Positions 27,051-42,092 of a stretch of 64,000 nucleotides of DNA are shown piece by piece. Position 1 is the first letter of the stretch; the number at the start of each line of letters is the position of its first letter. Source of the DNA: Schmidtea polychroa. Its lineage: Eukaryota. A program made the translations under genes and the position numbers. The stretch spans positions 42,534,001-42,598,000 of the forward strand of contig CM097885.1 of the NCBI GenBank assembly GCA_044892525.1. The letters run 5' to 3'. The notes below the pieces were generated by a model. That model had not been told where the DNA came from and searched no databases. It saw nothing but the letters and a program-made list of their open reading frames with translations.

Positions 27051-30000
27051 TGTTGGGCTGAGTCGAAAATTTAATCGTTGAAAAATAAGAAAGTAAGAAA
27101 GTAGAACATTAAGGACAATAAAAATAAAATAAATGAAATCAGAGATAAAATAGAATAAGATATAAGGAAAATAAGAATTAAGACATAAGAATTAAAACAA
27201 AAAATAAAATTAAGAAAAGATTAAAATAGAACAACAAGTTGACAAATAAATAAGGAGGAATTTAAGAAATAATAAGGAAATTAAGGAAATAAATAGAAAA
27301 ACATATTAAAAATAATGAAAATAAGGAAAAACAACCTAAAAACAAGAAAATTATATTAAATTAATAGAAATAAGCGGTACTCAACTCTGATTGGTCCGCA
27401 CAAATAAGAATTTGCTATATATACAACCACCAAAATCATTAAATTTACTGTTAACCCCGAGCATTTTATAGGTAAGAGAGAATGTTTAAAGTTGACTGTT
27501 AACCCCGAGCATTTTATAGACATTCACTATTCACGGAATTCTATTTCAAGGATCAGCACTACTAGCCAAGCAACCGTTATTTAGAAAACTTCACAACTAT
27601 TCGAAACCAGTTCAGAGACTGAAATACTATTCATCACCATAATCCACATTCGACGGACCACTATTAGACTTATTTGGAACGAACAACATTGAATTTTGAC
27701 TCAGCCTAAACAATAGTAAGGAGTATTTCATTTGTTTATCGATTTATTTAAGTACTTTCAAAGTCAATAGTAATGTTAAATATTAGCGATTAAACATCTT
27801 AGTTAACTCTCTTCATTTGATTCCATATTTAGTAATTTTTAACGTTTTAATGAAATTTGCATGTTTAAGTATTATAGAATCAATAAATAATTTTTATCCA
27901 GATGTCTATGTGTTATTATTTGAATTAGAGATTTTATGAATTTTCACTTGATGAGTAACGTGGAGTTGAGATACTCCATGTCATGGTATGAAATGCCTTC
28001 GGGAGCTCAGCCGGTGGACATGGAGTATTTCAATCACGCAGCTAGATTGGGCCGAAATGTGAAGGCTTCTTCACGGGTCCAATCGCTGAAGGTGACTTAG
28101 AATAAAAAATGGGAAAGTAGAACCGAAGAAGTGTAGTGATATCTGATTTATTGGAATAAGGGTAGTGGTTCTCGCAACACAACACAACACAATACAACAC
28201 TCGCATGCGAAAATTCTTTATCTTCGGCCACCGATTTGAAATACTTTAATTCCGTCAGTAGGGTAAACCTCGTATATCGACAAATTGTTTCCTCCTTTCA
28301 AAACAACCATTCGCAATCAGTTTAACAAGCAACTTCATTTTTTTGGGAACACCGATTCTGACAGTAAGAGATTCATGTAGCAGATTATAATCAAAAATTT
28401 CAATTAAAGACAAGTCAACACATATAAAATTTATATTTTCGTTATTATTACATAAAATGAAAACTACCCCGAACGGCCTATACGTGGGCCAGTGCATGAA
28501 AATTCACCTGCTAAATTCCCAAAATAATCGTCATCAACGAGTCGAGATTAGAGAAGGCATTCCGAATGATTTAATAAAATATCCACAAAAGTAGTATATC
28601 CAACAATAACGACGAGAGGGGATTGACAACTAAATTTTTTATATTGGCTAAGATCAACTCAGTGAATTCAACATCAGGAATTTCAATCAAAAAATACTAA
28701 TCGGATTAGAATTTAGTGGAGTAACTACACTCACAGGCACACACCGATCACAAGACCCGGAATGAATCCATCGGTATGCACCCATTTGCGATAATGTCGT
28801 CACTACTACCTTAATCAGATGAGAAAATTTTCCATGTGTCACCCATGTGTTTTTTTCTGCGATTAGACTCAGCAATAAGCGAGTTCACATTTACCGATTG
28901 ACATGAGAACTTCTTGCCAACACGCAGCCAGTAGTTTCCAATGATTAGATAAGAATCATCGGCCACAGAGAAAGTGAATACCGAGTCATGATAACCGCTA
29001 TTGCGCGATTGTACGTTCTTAAGCCCAACTGTTGAAATTCCTAAACTCGGTGTTTTGCAAATAAATAATTAAATATAATGAATTAAAGGTGGAAGTGTAT
29101 CAAATTTTACTATTTAATTAGTTTTTTTTTTAAAATAATTAAATATATAACTTGCTAAGTTTTCGTAAGCGATTTAACAATTTTTAGGGAAAATCAACTA
29201 GTCACATCAGTAGCAGTAAATTTAGACATATGTCGTGACCGGTGAGATTTCCCATCTCTACGAAATAATGTAAATTAGGGTGTTAAGGCAACAGCTAATG
29301 TGGAATCCTCAAGCACATGTGAAAAACTTTCGGACGTTCTCCCAGATAAATAGTAGACAGCACAGATAACCAAATTAACTGCTGAATCAATAAAGTACTT
29401 CCAATAATGAATTTTGAATTAAAATATGTTGAGGGATAGCGATAGTTCCACACTAATTAGTTTAGCGAAATACCCGTAATTTGTTTTTGATAAATTAAAA
29501 TAGAGAACCTATAAAATATTTTGATTGAATACTATAATGTTCCCTTTACTAAAGCGTTATTACATTACCTTGTCAATATTATACTTATAATACTATTAAC
29601 TACTACATCCCTCATGTATACAGTTAGATCAGTAGAGAATCGAAGGCAATAGCATTCGTCAAGTCGATAGCGTTTGGTTAAATAAGCCGTTTTAGTAAAT
29701 AAGATCTGTAGTAAAACCGGATTGTAGAATAAGTTTTCTTTTCTTTTCATCGGTCGAGCATCCACGAATGGCCGTGGGTCGTATCTAATTTGTTTCGAAA
29801 ATAGTATATTCTACATTTCATTAGTATTCTTTATAGCAAGCATGATACCAGCCACTACATCAGCATTACGTCCGTGCTTCTCTTGCGCGGATAAAAACGC
29901 CATTATCAAAGATCTGCAAACCCAGATTGGACGTTACAAAAGGAAGATAGACGAGCTGGAAGGGACATGGTTTAGTCCCGCTCGGATGAAGGAGATCCAA

Positions 30001-31116
30001 AAGAAGCTCCATCGTAGCGAGCATTGCCGGGACGCGCTAATATCTGAGAGCCGTGCCCGAAGAAGTCTTATTAAAGAACAGGCGGAAGCGCTGCACAAAG
30101 TTTACGTGCAAGCAACCACAACACGGAAGATCGTACAGATCCCAATCAAAGAAACCGACAATATCTTCCAGCCTCATCATAATACTTCCTCGAATCTGTC
30201 TCCACCGCTCAAAAGATCTTGTCAAGGGTGCGTCGAAGCAGAACTGTCGCCCAAGCAGTCAGATATTGTCATCAGGGGTACTAGCAAGGCGTTAACCCCT
30301 AGTACGTCCACCTCAACTACGCTTCAACAAACTGCCGCTCCGAACAAGCCTAAGCGCAAACAACTGTCACGTGCGGAGCGCAAAAAGAGACAGCGCGAAC
30401 GCAATCTAGGTAGTCAGAGCAAGGCCTCTGCGGAAAATCCGACCAATCAAAACACCAGTTCCGTGGTGATCGACTTGACCATTGGGGTCCCCGCGCGAAT
30501 TATATCAGCCGCAGGCGTAGTATGGGAAGAAAACGCTTCTGAATTCTTCGACATCGATGATTTATTACGAGATACCGAGTGGGGAAAATGAGACTCTCAA
30601 GCAGAAAGTCAAGTGAATATCGACTGCATTATTACTACTACGTATGGCCCTCTGTCATACCATCCAACTGTGTATATTAATTTTTGTTGTTTATATTCGA
30701 AAAAGAAATAAATTTATTCTGTCCCAGTTGTTTTCATTTGTAAGGGTTGAACATAGAAATGCACATAGGTTTTTTTTCGAAGTTTTACGAGTGTCAGCCA
30801 ATTGGCATTAAATCTACCGGTAATTGAGATATTCGGATAGTTCGAAATAACGTAAGCCCTTCTATCGGCCGTCTAGTATGGGAAGTCGAGGCCTCAGTAA
30901 GGAGTAGTTTTAAGGCAGAAGCTCACCTGCTTACTGGTGTCTCGCCTGCATAGTGCAGTACCAACGTGAAGCAATTCACGGGCACTATATTGGAGTGCAA
31001 GTTATGGGGGGGGGTTCTACTCCGGGTTGGAAATGTGAGAGTATTCTATGCAGGACGGGCAATCAACCTTTAGACTAGCCACGAACAAAACAGCCAACCG
31101 AGTACCAACCCCAACA
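27051..31116 (+). mobile_element. 4066-bp nested insertion with TG..CA ends (giant solo-LTR-like)
   Basis: Termini TGTTGGG / CCCAACA with a 4-bp TSD CAAA at 27047-27050 and 31117-31120. Removing the insert restores the gag reading frame. Confidence 0.8.
29842..30591 (+). CDS. Unknown 249-aa protein within the nested insertion
   Basis: Uninterrupted ORF, richer in GC than its flanks. Splice acceptor ttatag lies just upstream and AATAAA at 30707. It has CxxC, a coiled coil, a basic stretch and an acidic tail. Confidence 0.65.
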   Translation: MIPATTSALRPCFSCADKNAIIKDLQTQIGRYKRKIDELEGTWFSPARMKEIQKKLHRSEHCRDALISESRARRSLIKEQAEALHKVYVQATTTRKIVQIPIKETDNIFQPHHNTSSNLSPPLKRSCQGCVEAELSPKQSDIVIRGTSKALTPSTSTSTTLQQTAAPNKPKRKQLSRAERKKRQRERNLGSQSKASAENPTNQNTSSVVIDLTIGVPARIISAAGVVWEENASEFFDIDDLLRDTEWGK

Positions 31117-31229
31117 CAAAGCAGAAACCAGTCTGCAGACAGAGGACCACATCGAAGACAATGCAATGCGATATACGACTACGAATACGAGGAAGGAGAG
31201 CTGATTCAACAGGATGACATGCAAAAAGA

Positions 31230-34200
31230 TTGCGAACAGCTAAAAGGGGAGGCTCCAGTTTCAAGGGAGTTGCTAGGAGCCATAAATTTGGTTTAAGTAA
31301 GTATATTGTTGACACAGAATGTTTGAATTTGAATGCTTGTGATTTCAAGATTTCCGAAATGAATGAATTTAAAGATGATTTAAAAATTAATGATGTAATT
31401 ATGAATGATTGTGAATGTTTTGACTTTGAAAATTATTTTGAATATAGTTTTTATGAAATTAATAACAAAATTGATAAGATTATGAGTATCGATATAATTG
31501 ATAATAAAGTTAATGAAAATAAAGAAAGACCTTTTGCACCTAAATTCGTTTACGAAAGAATGAATGGCAGACCTAGTGTAGGTATTTGGCTGGAAAATAA
31601 AATAAAAGTTGATTGTCTTTTGGATACCGGGGCTAGAATAAACGTGATTAGCGAAGATGTTGTTAGTAAATTAAAGATGCGTGATAAAATAGGGGAATCC
31701 AATATTATGGTTACATGTGCAAACGAGAGCACACTTAAAATCATAGGAACAATATTACTAAAAGTGAGAATTTCGGGATTAGAATTGGTAATAAGATTCT
31801 TTGTGGCAAATAAGATTAACCCGAGCGTAATTGCAGGCGTAGAAATGATGAATTGTTTTGATATTAAATTACAGGCAGTAACTAAAGTAAAATTAAAAAA
31901 TCAATTAATGAATTTAGAGGAAAACAATTTAAAAGGAATTATCGACTCAACGATTAATAAATTACTTAAAGAATTTTCGGATATATTCATGAAAAATAAA
32001 TGGGATGTAGGAAAAATACAGTTAATTAAACATAAGATAGTTACTAGAAGTAGCCCAGTGACAATTAATCCTAGACGTCAGCCGATTCATATTGCTCACA
32101 AAATACAAGACATGCTAAAAGACATGGAAGAAGCAAGAATTATAAAAAAATGTGACTCGGTGTGGAATAGCCCATTGGTATGTGTGTTAAAAAGAATAAA
32201 TCAGATATTAGAATATGTTTGGATTTTCGGGCACTAAATGCAATTACGGAGAGACCTCGATTTCCAATACCAAATATTGAAGAGATGATGGATATCCTAA
32301 ATGGAGCACAGATATTTAGCACTATCGATCTTGGTAATGCTTATTATCAAGTGGAATTAGAAGAGGAATCAAAAATAAAGACTGCATTTTCAACAAAAGA
32401 TGGTCAATATTGTTTTAACCGAATGCCTTTTGGAATTGCAGCTGCCCCAGCAACTTTTCAAAAATTAATGACTCAAGTTTTGGGTGATCTTAATTGGAGA
32501 AAAGCAATTGTCTATTTAGACGATATCCTTATATTTGCAGACAATGAAATCGAACATAAAAAAAGACTAGAAAGAGTTTTTCGAAAGATTCAAGAAGCTG
32601 GTTTAAAAATAAGCTTAGAAAATGTTGTTTTAACAAACTAGAAATAAAATTTTTGGGACACATTATAAATAAAAATGGTATTAAGACAGATTATGAAAAG
32701 ATAAAAGCAATGCAATAATATGAAAAACCAAAATGTATTAAACGTTTAAGAAGCTTTCTAGGCTTAACAAATTATTATCGAAAATTTGTTGAAGATTACG
32801 CTAAGTATGCAAGACCATTAGAAATGTTATGTGGGTCTAACAAAGATAAACTTATATGGACTGAAGAATGTGAAACAAATTTCAACACGCTAAAGAAAGC
32901 GTTAACGTATATCCCAGTACTAGGATTTCCGGATTTACGAAAAACCTTTATTTTAGATACAGATGCTAGTTTAGATACGATTGGGGGAGTGCTTTCGCAG
33001 TTGAGTAGTAATGGACAAGAACAAGTTATTGCATATGGATCAAAGACAATGAATAAGCACGAAATCGGTTACTGCATTACGCGAAAGGAATTGCTTGCAA
33101 TCTATCATTTTACTCAGCATTTCAAACACTATCTATATGGAAAAAGATTTACTTTAAGAACCGATCATAAAGCTATAACGTTTATGATAAATACAAAAAA
33201 GCCAATTACAGCACAATTCCAAACATGGATTAACTATTTAAGTGGGCTAGATATCAAATTAGAATACAGAAAAGGAGAATTGCATGCTAACACAGATGCC
33301 CTATCAAGAAAAGACTGTACTTCATGTAGTCAGTGCCAAACAGTTCATGAAAACGCCAAGGTAGATAAAAATAAAACTAAAATATTGGCCATAGAAAATA
33401 TGGACCAAGAAATAAAAGTAAATAACGAAGGTATAATTCTTAATATAAAGACTTATGTCACGCAGGGGTAAAAAAAAATTTACGAATACGCACGGAAAAA
33501 TATGAAAATAAAAATTAGTGAAAATGAAGTTAGAAGAGTGATTGAAAATTGTGAACAGTGTCAGAAACGGAAGACGTGGACAAGACGAACAAAAGAACCG
33601 CTGATTAAACAGAGTACAGATGAAGTCTTCAAAGAGATATTTAGTGATTTCTGCGGACCATTTAAGAAAGCAATTCATGGAAAACAATATATTTTAGCTA
33701 TAATTGACCAATTCAGTAGTTATATATCATTGACAGCAGTTGCTCATCAGGATGAAAAGACGACGGCAAAGATTTTAAGAGAAAATTGGATTTTGAAATT
33801 TGGTGCCCTTAAAATCATTCACTCCGATAGAGGAAAAACATTTGAATCTCAACTCCTTTTAGAAATGTTCAAAACGCATCATATTACAATAATATATTCA
33901 AGCCCATATCATCATAGTACAAACGGGTTAGTTGAGAGGCAATATAGAACTATAAGGGATGCAATTGCAATTACGTTAAAAGACAAACGGCATAAAGATT
34001 GGGCAGAAATATTGCCAGATGTGGAATTTATGTCAAATGCGACGATACAGCAGACAACCGGATTTTCGCCCTCTGAAATAATATTTGGGCGGAATATTTG
34101 TAGACAATGGATGGAAAAAGAGAATTTGGATATACAAAATAATGATGATAATAATCGAAGAAAGGAGATCGTGGAGGGAATTAAACATAAACAAAACATA

Positions 34201-34419
34201 GAAAAGAATTTAATTACACAAAATTATAGGAATTTTGAAGTTGGAGACCAAGTATTGGTTAAAAAAGAAAATACTAGAAAGATGGATGAACGTTATGAAG
34301 GGCCTTATGAAATAACTGGAAAACGACATGACAGAAGCTATGTTCTAAAGAATAAGCAAGGCCAAGAAATAATTCGAAATGTAGAATGGATCAAAAGTTT
34401 TAAATGGAGGGGGATGTAA
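31230..34419 (+). pseudogene. gypsy pol (protease, RT, RNase H, integrase) with several frameshifts
   Basis: LLDTGA, VYLDDIL, FILDTDAS, integrase SDRG...NGLVER and YEGPY, split over four ORFs. Confidence 0.95.
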
Positions 34420-34679
34420 GATGAAATAATAATTTCCAACGAATTACTTACATAACCAGGTCACTAGACCTTGATATCTATTGAATGATGCGGGAATGCT
34501 TGTATAACTAAATTAAGTAAGTATGTTTGTCTTCTGTGTCAACAGTATCACTTAAACTAATAATTCTCCCTTTTGTAGATTACGTAATTCAATGTACTAT
34601 AAATAGTATAACGATTGTGTGTTCCGTTTAGATTTTTGAAGTGAATAAAGATTTCTGTAAAACTATGTCTTCTTCTAAC

Positions 34680-34680
<1 letters not shown>
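34415..34680 (+). repeat. 3' LTR, preceded by a polypurine tract at 34406-34414
   Basis: Near-identical to 25899-26164. Confidence 0.97.
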
Positions 34681-36127
<1,447 letters not shown>

Positions 36128-36419
36128 CATAATACATTAACAATAACATAATAATAATAAAATAAAAATAGCGAACATCACATAAGACTATTCCAAAAAA
36201 TAACAACGTCGATAATAAAATTAATAAAAGTAGTAAAGACAAAAGTGAAGCGTAAAAGTGTGTACAAGTGTAAAAGTGTGTGTACAGAATAATAAAAGCA
36301 TAAATAAATGACAAAAGAAGTTGATACCTAAACACTAAAAAGCATTTGACCAATCGAATGAAAAGTTGATTACAGCGCAAATATGTTGAAATCTCAAAAG
36401 GTTTTGAGGTTTTCAATGC

Positions 36420-37230
36420 ACACTCTTTACTATATAAATTATTATATATTCAAAATTAAAACTTTGGACATAAATGTGTATTAAATGAAATTTGAGCAGA
36501 ATCTAAAATTGTTACTAACTTTGTTAGCCATTATAGTAATTAATTCATTTTAGATTCTTTTTCCAAGATAATGGTCACGAATTTCATCCGATGTGATTCG
36601 TCATAAGTGTTCTTGCAAAACTGGATCGAACTTACCTATAAGTTCTACCAAGGCAAGAAAATTACCATTTATAATGAGCCCCGAAAAACGAGGTTGTGTT
36701 GAGCTAAAAATTGAATGATTGAGAGTAATCTTTCAAAAACGTTTCGCCAGTGTACAGTTTCAGCATCTATTATCCTCTGATTTTGCTTGTCATTAGTTAC
36801 ACCTTCGTTTAACCTCATCTTCAATTCAACCCACCTGTTAATGCTCTCACAATGCTTTGGAGAGCACTCGTTACTCGATAAATGGTAGGAAATATTTATC
36901 CAGTCACTATACCTATTTTCTGTCAATGTAATCTTGTTGTTTGAAAACAACTTTCAAAATAGAGTAAACGGCATCGCTATTTTTTGAATGAACTAACCAT
37001 GTTCTTTCCGCGTCTTCTCCGTTCTTGAGTTTTCGTTTATAATATTTTTCCTTTGCTAGCTGATGACTGGCCTGACTGGGCAATAACATTAACAGCTGGA
37101 GTAGTTTTGGTGGGTTCTAAATACCTGGAAAGCCATCATGTTTGCTTTTCCATACTAAGTTCTGTCTCTCATTTTTTCTGAGGAGATTGAGCACCTGATA
37201 ACTTCGGACGTTTCATAGGATTTAACATTA
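36420..37230 (-). pseudogene. hAT transposase 5' remnant (ZMYM1/DUF4371 type)
   Basis: YSDWINISYHLSSNECSPKH...WRNVFERLLSIIQFLAQHNLVFRG, then GNFLALVELIGKFDPVLQEH in another frame. Confidence 0.8.
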
Positions 37231-37813
37231 TTTTTTAATATTTACCAATTAGATTTAACTAAGAAAACTGATTAAAATTTAAAAGTACTAAAGATTTTAA
37301 AGGATAATTCACTTATTTCAATAACTTTTGTTTTTTCAACTGATCACATATTAATACTATCTGCATTTTGTTGCAAAATTATTTTAATAATAACGCTCAC
37401 TAGCCATCACTATAAATTATAATTAGTTAAATTTGAAACATTTTAAAAATTTAGTCGATATAACTTATTATGAGAACATTCGTACGCTCTGAATGATAAT
37501 CATTTTATCTATTAAAAAAAGAAAAGCGAATCTAATTATAAGCACTTGGTTGAGGTAAAAGTGGGCTGTTAGAAATTTACTGAAATAATTTGGTATTTTA
37601 AAAATTTTTTTAATTTCTAACACATTAAAAGTCATATAGTTTGATATAAAGACCGTTTAAAATGTAAATGTAACCTGACTATTTATTAATTATAATTTTA
37701 TCAAAAATAAATGCTAAATCACATTAATTTAGACTCCGGTGTTTTAATATTCAATCGACCTTTAGTCCGTGTCTGGAGTATTGCATAATTTGCTTTAGTA
37801 AACCTATTTGATC

Positions 37814-37897
37814 ATGTCATCCGACTTTCAATATAAAGTATGGACTATTCTAACTTTTGAAAACATCATTTTAGATTTCGGCCGGCCAATCGCAATG
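37814..37897 (+). CDS. CLN6: CLN6 homologue exon 1
   Basis: MSSDFQYKVWTILTFENIILDFGRPIAM matches the CLN6 motif LDFGRPIAM; gt donor. Confidence 0.85.
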
Positions 37898-37941
37898 GTT
37901 AATTAAACTATCAATTGTTTTCTAAAAACTTTAAAATTTAG

Positions 37942-38043
37942 ATTTACCTTCATTCAGATAAATATTTTCCTTTGAATTTGCCCAGCATTGGCGATTATTT
38001 TCATATGTTATACAACGTAATAACAACATTTTGCTTAGTTCAA
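37942..38043 (+). CDS. CLN6: CLN6 homologue exon 2
   Basis: Follows a 44-nt intron. Encodes [20 protein letters not shown]. Confidence 0.9.
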
Positions 38044-38492
38044 GTAAATAGAATTTAGTTTATTTGCAATAAACTGTCTAAATTTAAAAATATTGAAAAA
38101 TTTATAAATTCAACTTATATAATTTGACTTATTATTTAATATATTTTAAACCTATTAATAAAAAGTTTACACTAAATGATAAGTCATGAAGTTATTCTTT
38201 GTTATTTAATATTTATCTATTAATTATATTTCATAAATGATTCATTTGTCTAGTTTCTTTGATGGGAATAATAAGAAAGAATTTTTGTAATACTTAAGTA
38301 CAAAATTGTAAATTAAGTATTCTGATAGGTTTTATTTAATTATTTAAGATTTATTTAACTGTTAAGGTAATTTTCGAAGAAATTGTAAGATAAAAATTAT
38401 CATCGCCACAAATAAATTTGAACATTGTCTACTTTATATTTATTTTTAAATTTGTTAAAATAAAAGTTCATCAGTTAATTTAATATTTATAG

Positions 38493-38681
38493 ATGATGCC
38501 TAAGACTGCTAACCAAATTTCTTCGAAATTCTTTTGTCTTTTATTGTCATTATTTCTCATGGGAGCGACCATTCATTTGGTTGGTGACTCTGTTAATCAC
38601 CGATTAGCATTATTTGGATATCAACATCATTTATCTCTTGAAGACAACGAATTAATGAAAAATCTTGAGCCGCCAGAAATG
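38493..38681 (+). CDS. CLN6: CLN6 homologue exon 3
   Basis: [32 protein letters not shown]; ag/gt boundaries, phase 0/0. Confidence 0.92.
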
Positions 38682-38737
38682 GTTAAAAATTTTTGATATT
38701 TATTTGCTAGACAAGATTATCAAAAATAAAATAAACT

Positions 38738-39510
<773 letters not shown>

Positions 39511-39814
39511 AATAAAATGATAATTTAAGCCTTTTGCTGCGAATAATGTATTTAATGAAAATAATTTTGACTATAAGATAGTCCTTGTCATTATTCGCAG
39601 CAAAAGGTCACTTTATTGTTTTAAATAATAAATACTGCTACCAAGAAATCATCACTTTATACTAATTATAATAATAATAAATGAATAATAAAAATAAATA
39701 ATAATAATAAAAATAAATAATAAAAATAAATAATAATAATTAATAATAGGTAATTATATAGAACTATATAGAATAAATGTGTCTGTGACCTACTTATTTA
39801 TTATTTTAACTTTT

Positions 39815-39844
39815 CCCGTCATGCTTGACGGGGGATTATACTAG
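39815..39844 (+). mobile_element. Helitron-like 3' terminus
   Basis: Hairpin CCCGTCA-TGCT-TGACGGG followed 8 nt later by CTAG|T. Confidence 0.55.
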
Positions 39845-40840
39845 TTTATTAATAGACTTTATAGAGTAAGATGCCTCTGACCTATTTATTAATGAACTAT
39901 ATAGAATGTGTGTCTGTGACCTAATTATTATGATTATTATGATAATTATAATTATTTAGAAATGAAACTATAATGAACCTGTGACCTACTTATTTATTAA
40001 TAAAGTATATAGAATGTGTACGTGTCTGTGACCTACTAAATTATTAATAAAGTATATAGAATATATGTGTGTCTGACCTAATTTTTTATTATAGTGGTAT
40101 GGTATGACCACTGTTTTCAAATGAGTCATGTATATATAGAATTTCCGAGACCAATATATAAAATTACCGTGCACTACAGAAAAATACTAGTTTTAATTTT
40201 GTTTACCTAAATATATTTTTTCTCAACGTTAAATGTAATAACAGGTTTATCTAGGTCAATTTAAAGTTCCACTGCTGTCATCAAATTCTCATCGTTTAAA
40301 GGAAGTTAGTCTTCTAGATCGTAGTGGTTCCTCGAAAGTCTTATCACCAAAAGTAAAATATAAAACACTTCGCTATTTTATCACGTTTTCCGTATTTTAA
40401 ATCGTACAATAAACATGCTTTCTGTTTTCAAAAACAAATGAGTTAAACAAACTAAACTGTTTGAAATTGCGCAAAGAATGTATTTTATAATTCAAACCGT
40501 TTACCATGCACAGTCATTATATATGTGTCATAGAATTATGTCTCAAAAGAAATTGGACAAAAACCGTTAATGACCCCCAAATATTTTTACCTAACCTCTA
40601 TTTCATTTGTGCTAACTTTAGTAAATAAAAATTGTGTTTCGACTGAATTTATTAAATAAAAAAAATTAAATAAAGTTAACCTATTTTTCTATTTTTAAGA
40701 TATTTATTTTTCGAACAAACTTCCGCTCGCTACAAGGTGAAATAATTAATATATTGATTTTGTTAAAATCGTTAAAAATTTCCTACAAATTTGCAATTAA
40801 AAAACATTAATTTATTTGAGTTTTAAATTATTTCTTTCAG

Positions 40841-40896
40841 ATAAAAATATTTGAATTGTTGTATTTTTATGATGAAGTTCTGGGGCATTATTTGTG
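40841..40896 (+). CDS. CLN6: CLN6 homologue exon 4
   Basis: tttcag acceptor and gtaagt donor. Encodes IKIFELLYFYDEVLGHYL(W). Confidence 0.9.
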
Positions 40897-40948
40897 GTAA
40901 GTGTTTTATATATAATGTGAAAATTGTCATGAAAAATAATCTACCAAG

Positions 40949-41068
40949 GTATTTGCCACTATTTACTTACTATCTGATTTACTTCAATGCATCCTTTACC
41001 AAACAACCTTTGAAACGAGTCTCCCGACAATTTTATGTACTAGTCGTACTAAGTGGATTATACAATTG
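40949..41068 (+). CDS. CLN6: CLN6 homologue exon 5
   Basis: (W)YLPLFTYYLIYFNASFT...VLSGLYN(W), phase 2/2. The final exon was not found in this window. Confidence 0.85.
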
Positions 41069-41083
41069 GTAATTTCATTCCCA

Positions 41084-41420
<337 letters not shown>

Positions 41421-41966
41421 AATTATTTATAATAGAAAATATTATGCTCAATATTTATTGAATGATTAGGATGCTAATAAATCCACGTGTTTAACAAAAT
41501 AATATGTAGACGTAAATGCAATTACTTTTTATAGGAAATCTCCAGAGAAAATAGTCATAATTAAAACAATGATAACATTTTCAAAAAGAGTCTCTTTTAA
41601 ATAATCGGCTTTTGAATAAGGTTTAGATGTTATTTTAAAGGAATTCATAATTGAATAATTATTTGTAAATAGAAATATTGTCTGGTTTCAAATAAATACA
41701 ACATAATTAAAGCATTTTCATCTTATTCTTAATGTACCTAAATGTGTCAATTCTAATGGTTCAATTGCTTAATTGATGATATAAATAATAAATAAGTAAT
41801 ATACACAGCAAAATTTCCAAATTTGTTTTCATTTATAGAACAAAAATGAAATAAATTAATGATATATTGATCATTTTACTTTATTCGATGTCAAATATCG
41901 ATCCTATTATTTTTTCGAAAAATTTCGATTTTCGGTTACCAAATTCATAACTATGCAAAATATCTG

Positions 41967-42071
<105 letters not shown>

Positions 42072-42092
42072 ATTATTATATATTATTATATA

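Larger units (their letters stand above)
25899..34680 (+). mobile_element. Full-length Ty3/gypsy LTR retrotransposon inserted in (AAT)n, with a nested insertion
   Basis: Two 266-bp TG..CA LTRs, PBS, gag, PR-RT-RH-IN order, PPT, and ATAAT on both flanks. Confidence 0.97.

Noticed and set aside
27051..27712. A 662-bp element defined by the TGTTGGGCTGAGTC / GACTCAGCCTAAACA inverted repeat
   Set aside because: There is no TSD at 27712. The TSD and gag frame restoration support 31116 as the right end.
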